From assembly GCA_026770705.1 (NCBI GenBank), contig JANJGN010000146.1, positions 992,001 through 1,056,000 on the forward strand: a stretch of DNA of 64,000 bases, written 5' to 3'. The notes beneath the pieces were generated by a model. The model saw only the letters and a list, made by a program, of their open reading frames with translations, made no database searches and was not told the origin of the DNA. How positions within the stretch are numbered: the first letter of the stretch is position 1; each line of letters starts with the position of its first letter. Source of the DNA: Isurus oxyrinchus. Taxonomy: Eukaryota. A program made the translations under genes and the position numbers. This document shows, piece by piece, positions 63,331 to 64,000 of the stretch.

Positions 63331-64000
63331 AGGCCATATGTTTGAGAGAGTATGAAATACCTACAGCTGACAAAAGTTTTTATTCTTGAAGCAAACACCC
63401 CGAACTTGAACCAAATTTTGTTCACAAATATATTTTTGCACTCCATCTTTCTCTAAACTTTCAACTGAGCTCCAGATATCTTCACATAAACGTGACACAC
63501 ATGGTCTGTTACCGTGTAGAATGGCAAATTAATTATCCGTTAATTCCAAAACTTTCCTTAATTCTGGTAAACCACGTGAATAGCTTTTAATTCATTGGAA
63601 TAACTACAGACGTCCTGTTCCTGTTCCTTAGCTAATTAAGACCACCTGCAGTATGAAGGCCTTAACTTCCTGGCTGTTAAATCTTAAGTCAACATGGCTC
63701 CAGCCTTCTAAGAATAATAAACACCAAGGCTGTTTCCATTGCATTAAATTTGGGGCTGCATTTGCCAGTTTCGTCACCAGATGTACCCACTGCCATCAGT
63801 TAAATCTCTAATTTCCAAAACTAAAGATTACATTGAAAAAAACACATCTGAACAATGACACTAACGTAACAAAAGGTCAATTTCAGGCCGTAGGATCGGG
63901 TAAAAAGTCACTATTAAACTGGGATATCAGTCACAAGGTCATTGTCAGCCAGAGCCTCAAATAAATGATCAGGGTTAAATTGGGACATCCGGTACAAAGT

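Overview
This is eukaryotic genomic DNA, almost certainly from a cartilaginous fish (shark), judged by its CR1/HER1-type LINEs, Penelope-derived hairpin repeats and shark-type immunoglobulin exons. About half of it is decayed retroelements. Two unrelated gene systems are interleaved. (1) A cluster of two-exon class A GPCR genes of the GPR139/GPR142-like family. Three are complete (exon 1 at 21785-21854 -, 37283-37352 + and 56283-56352 -), one shows only exon 2 (1572-2473 +), and two are pseudogene copies inside a ~1.9-kb tandem duplication. (2) Three orphan immunoglobulin heavy-chain membrane exon pairs (TM1+TM2, IgM-like, minus strand) at ~7.5, ~47.5 and ~60.6 kb, with no V/D/J/CH exons visible in the window. 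The most striking signal is in the GPCR promoters. In two of the three complete genes a homeodomain + O/E(Ebf) composite motif (TAATT[G/A]NCTCCCTGGAG) sits exactly 70 nt before the ATG, and the third gene has a decayed copy at the same offset. All three have a TATA box at 52 nt. This is the cis-regulatory grammar of olfactory receptor genes, which suggests an unrecognised, expanded chemoreceptor family in sharks (inference, not shown by the sequence). Repeat boundaries are approximate, estimated by eye.
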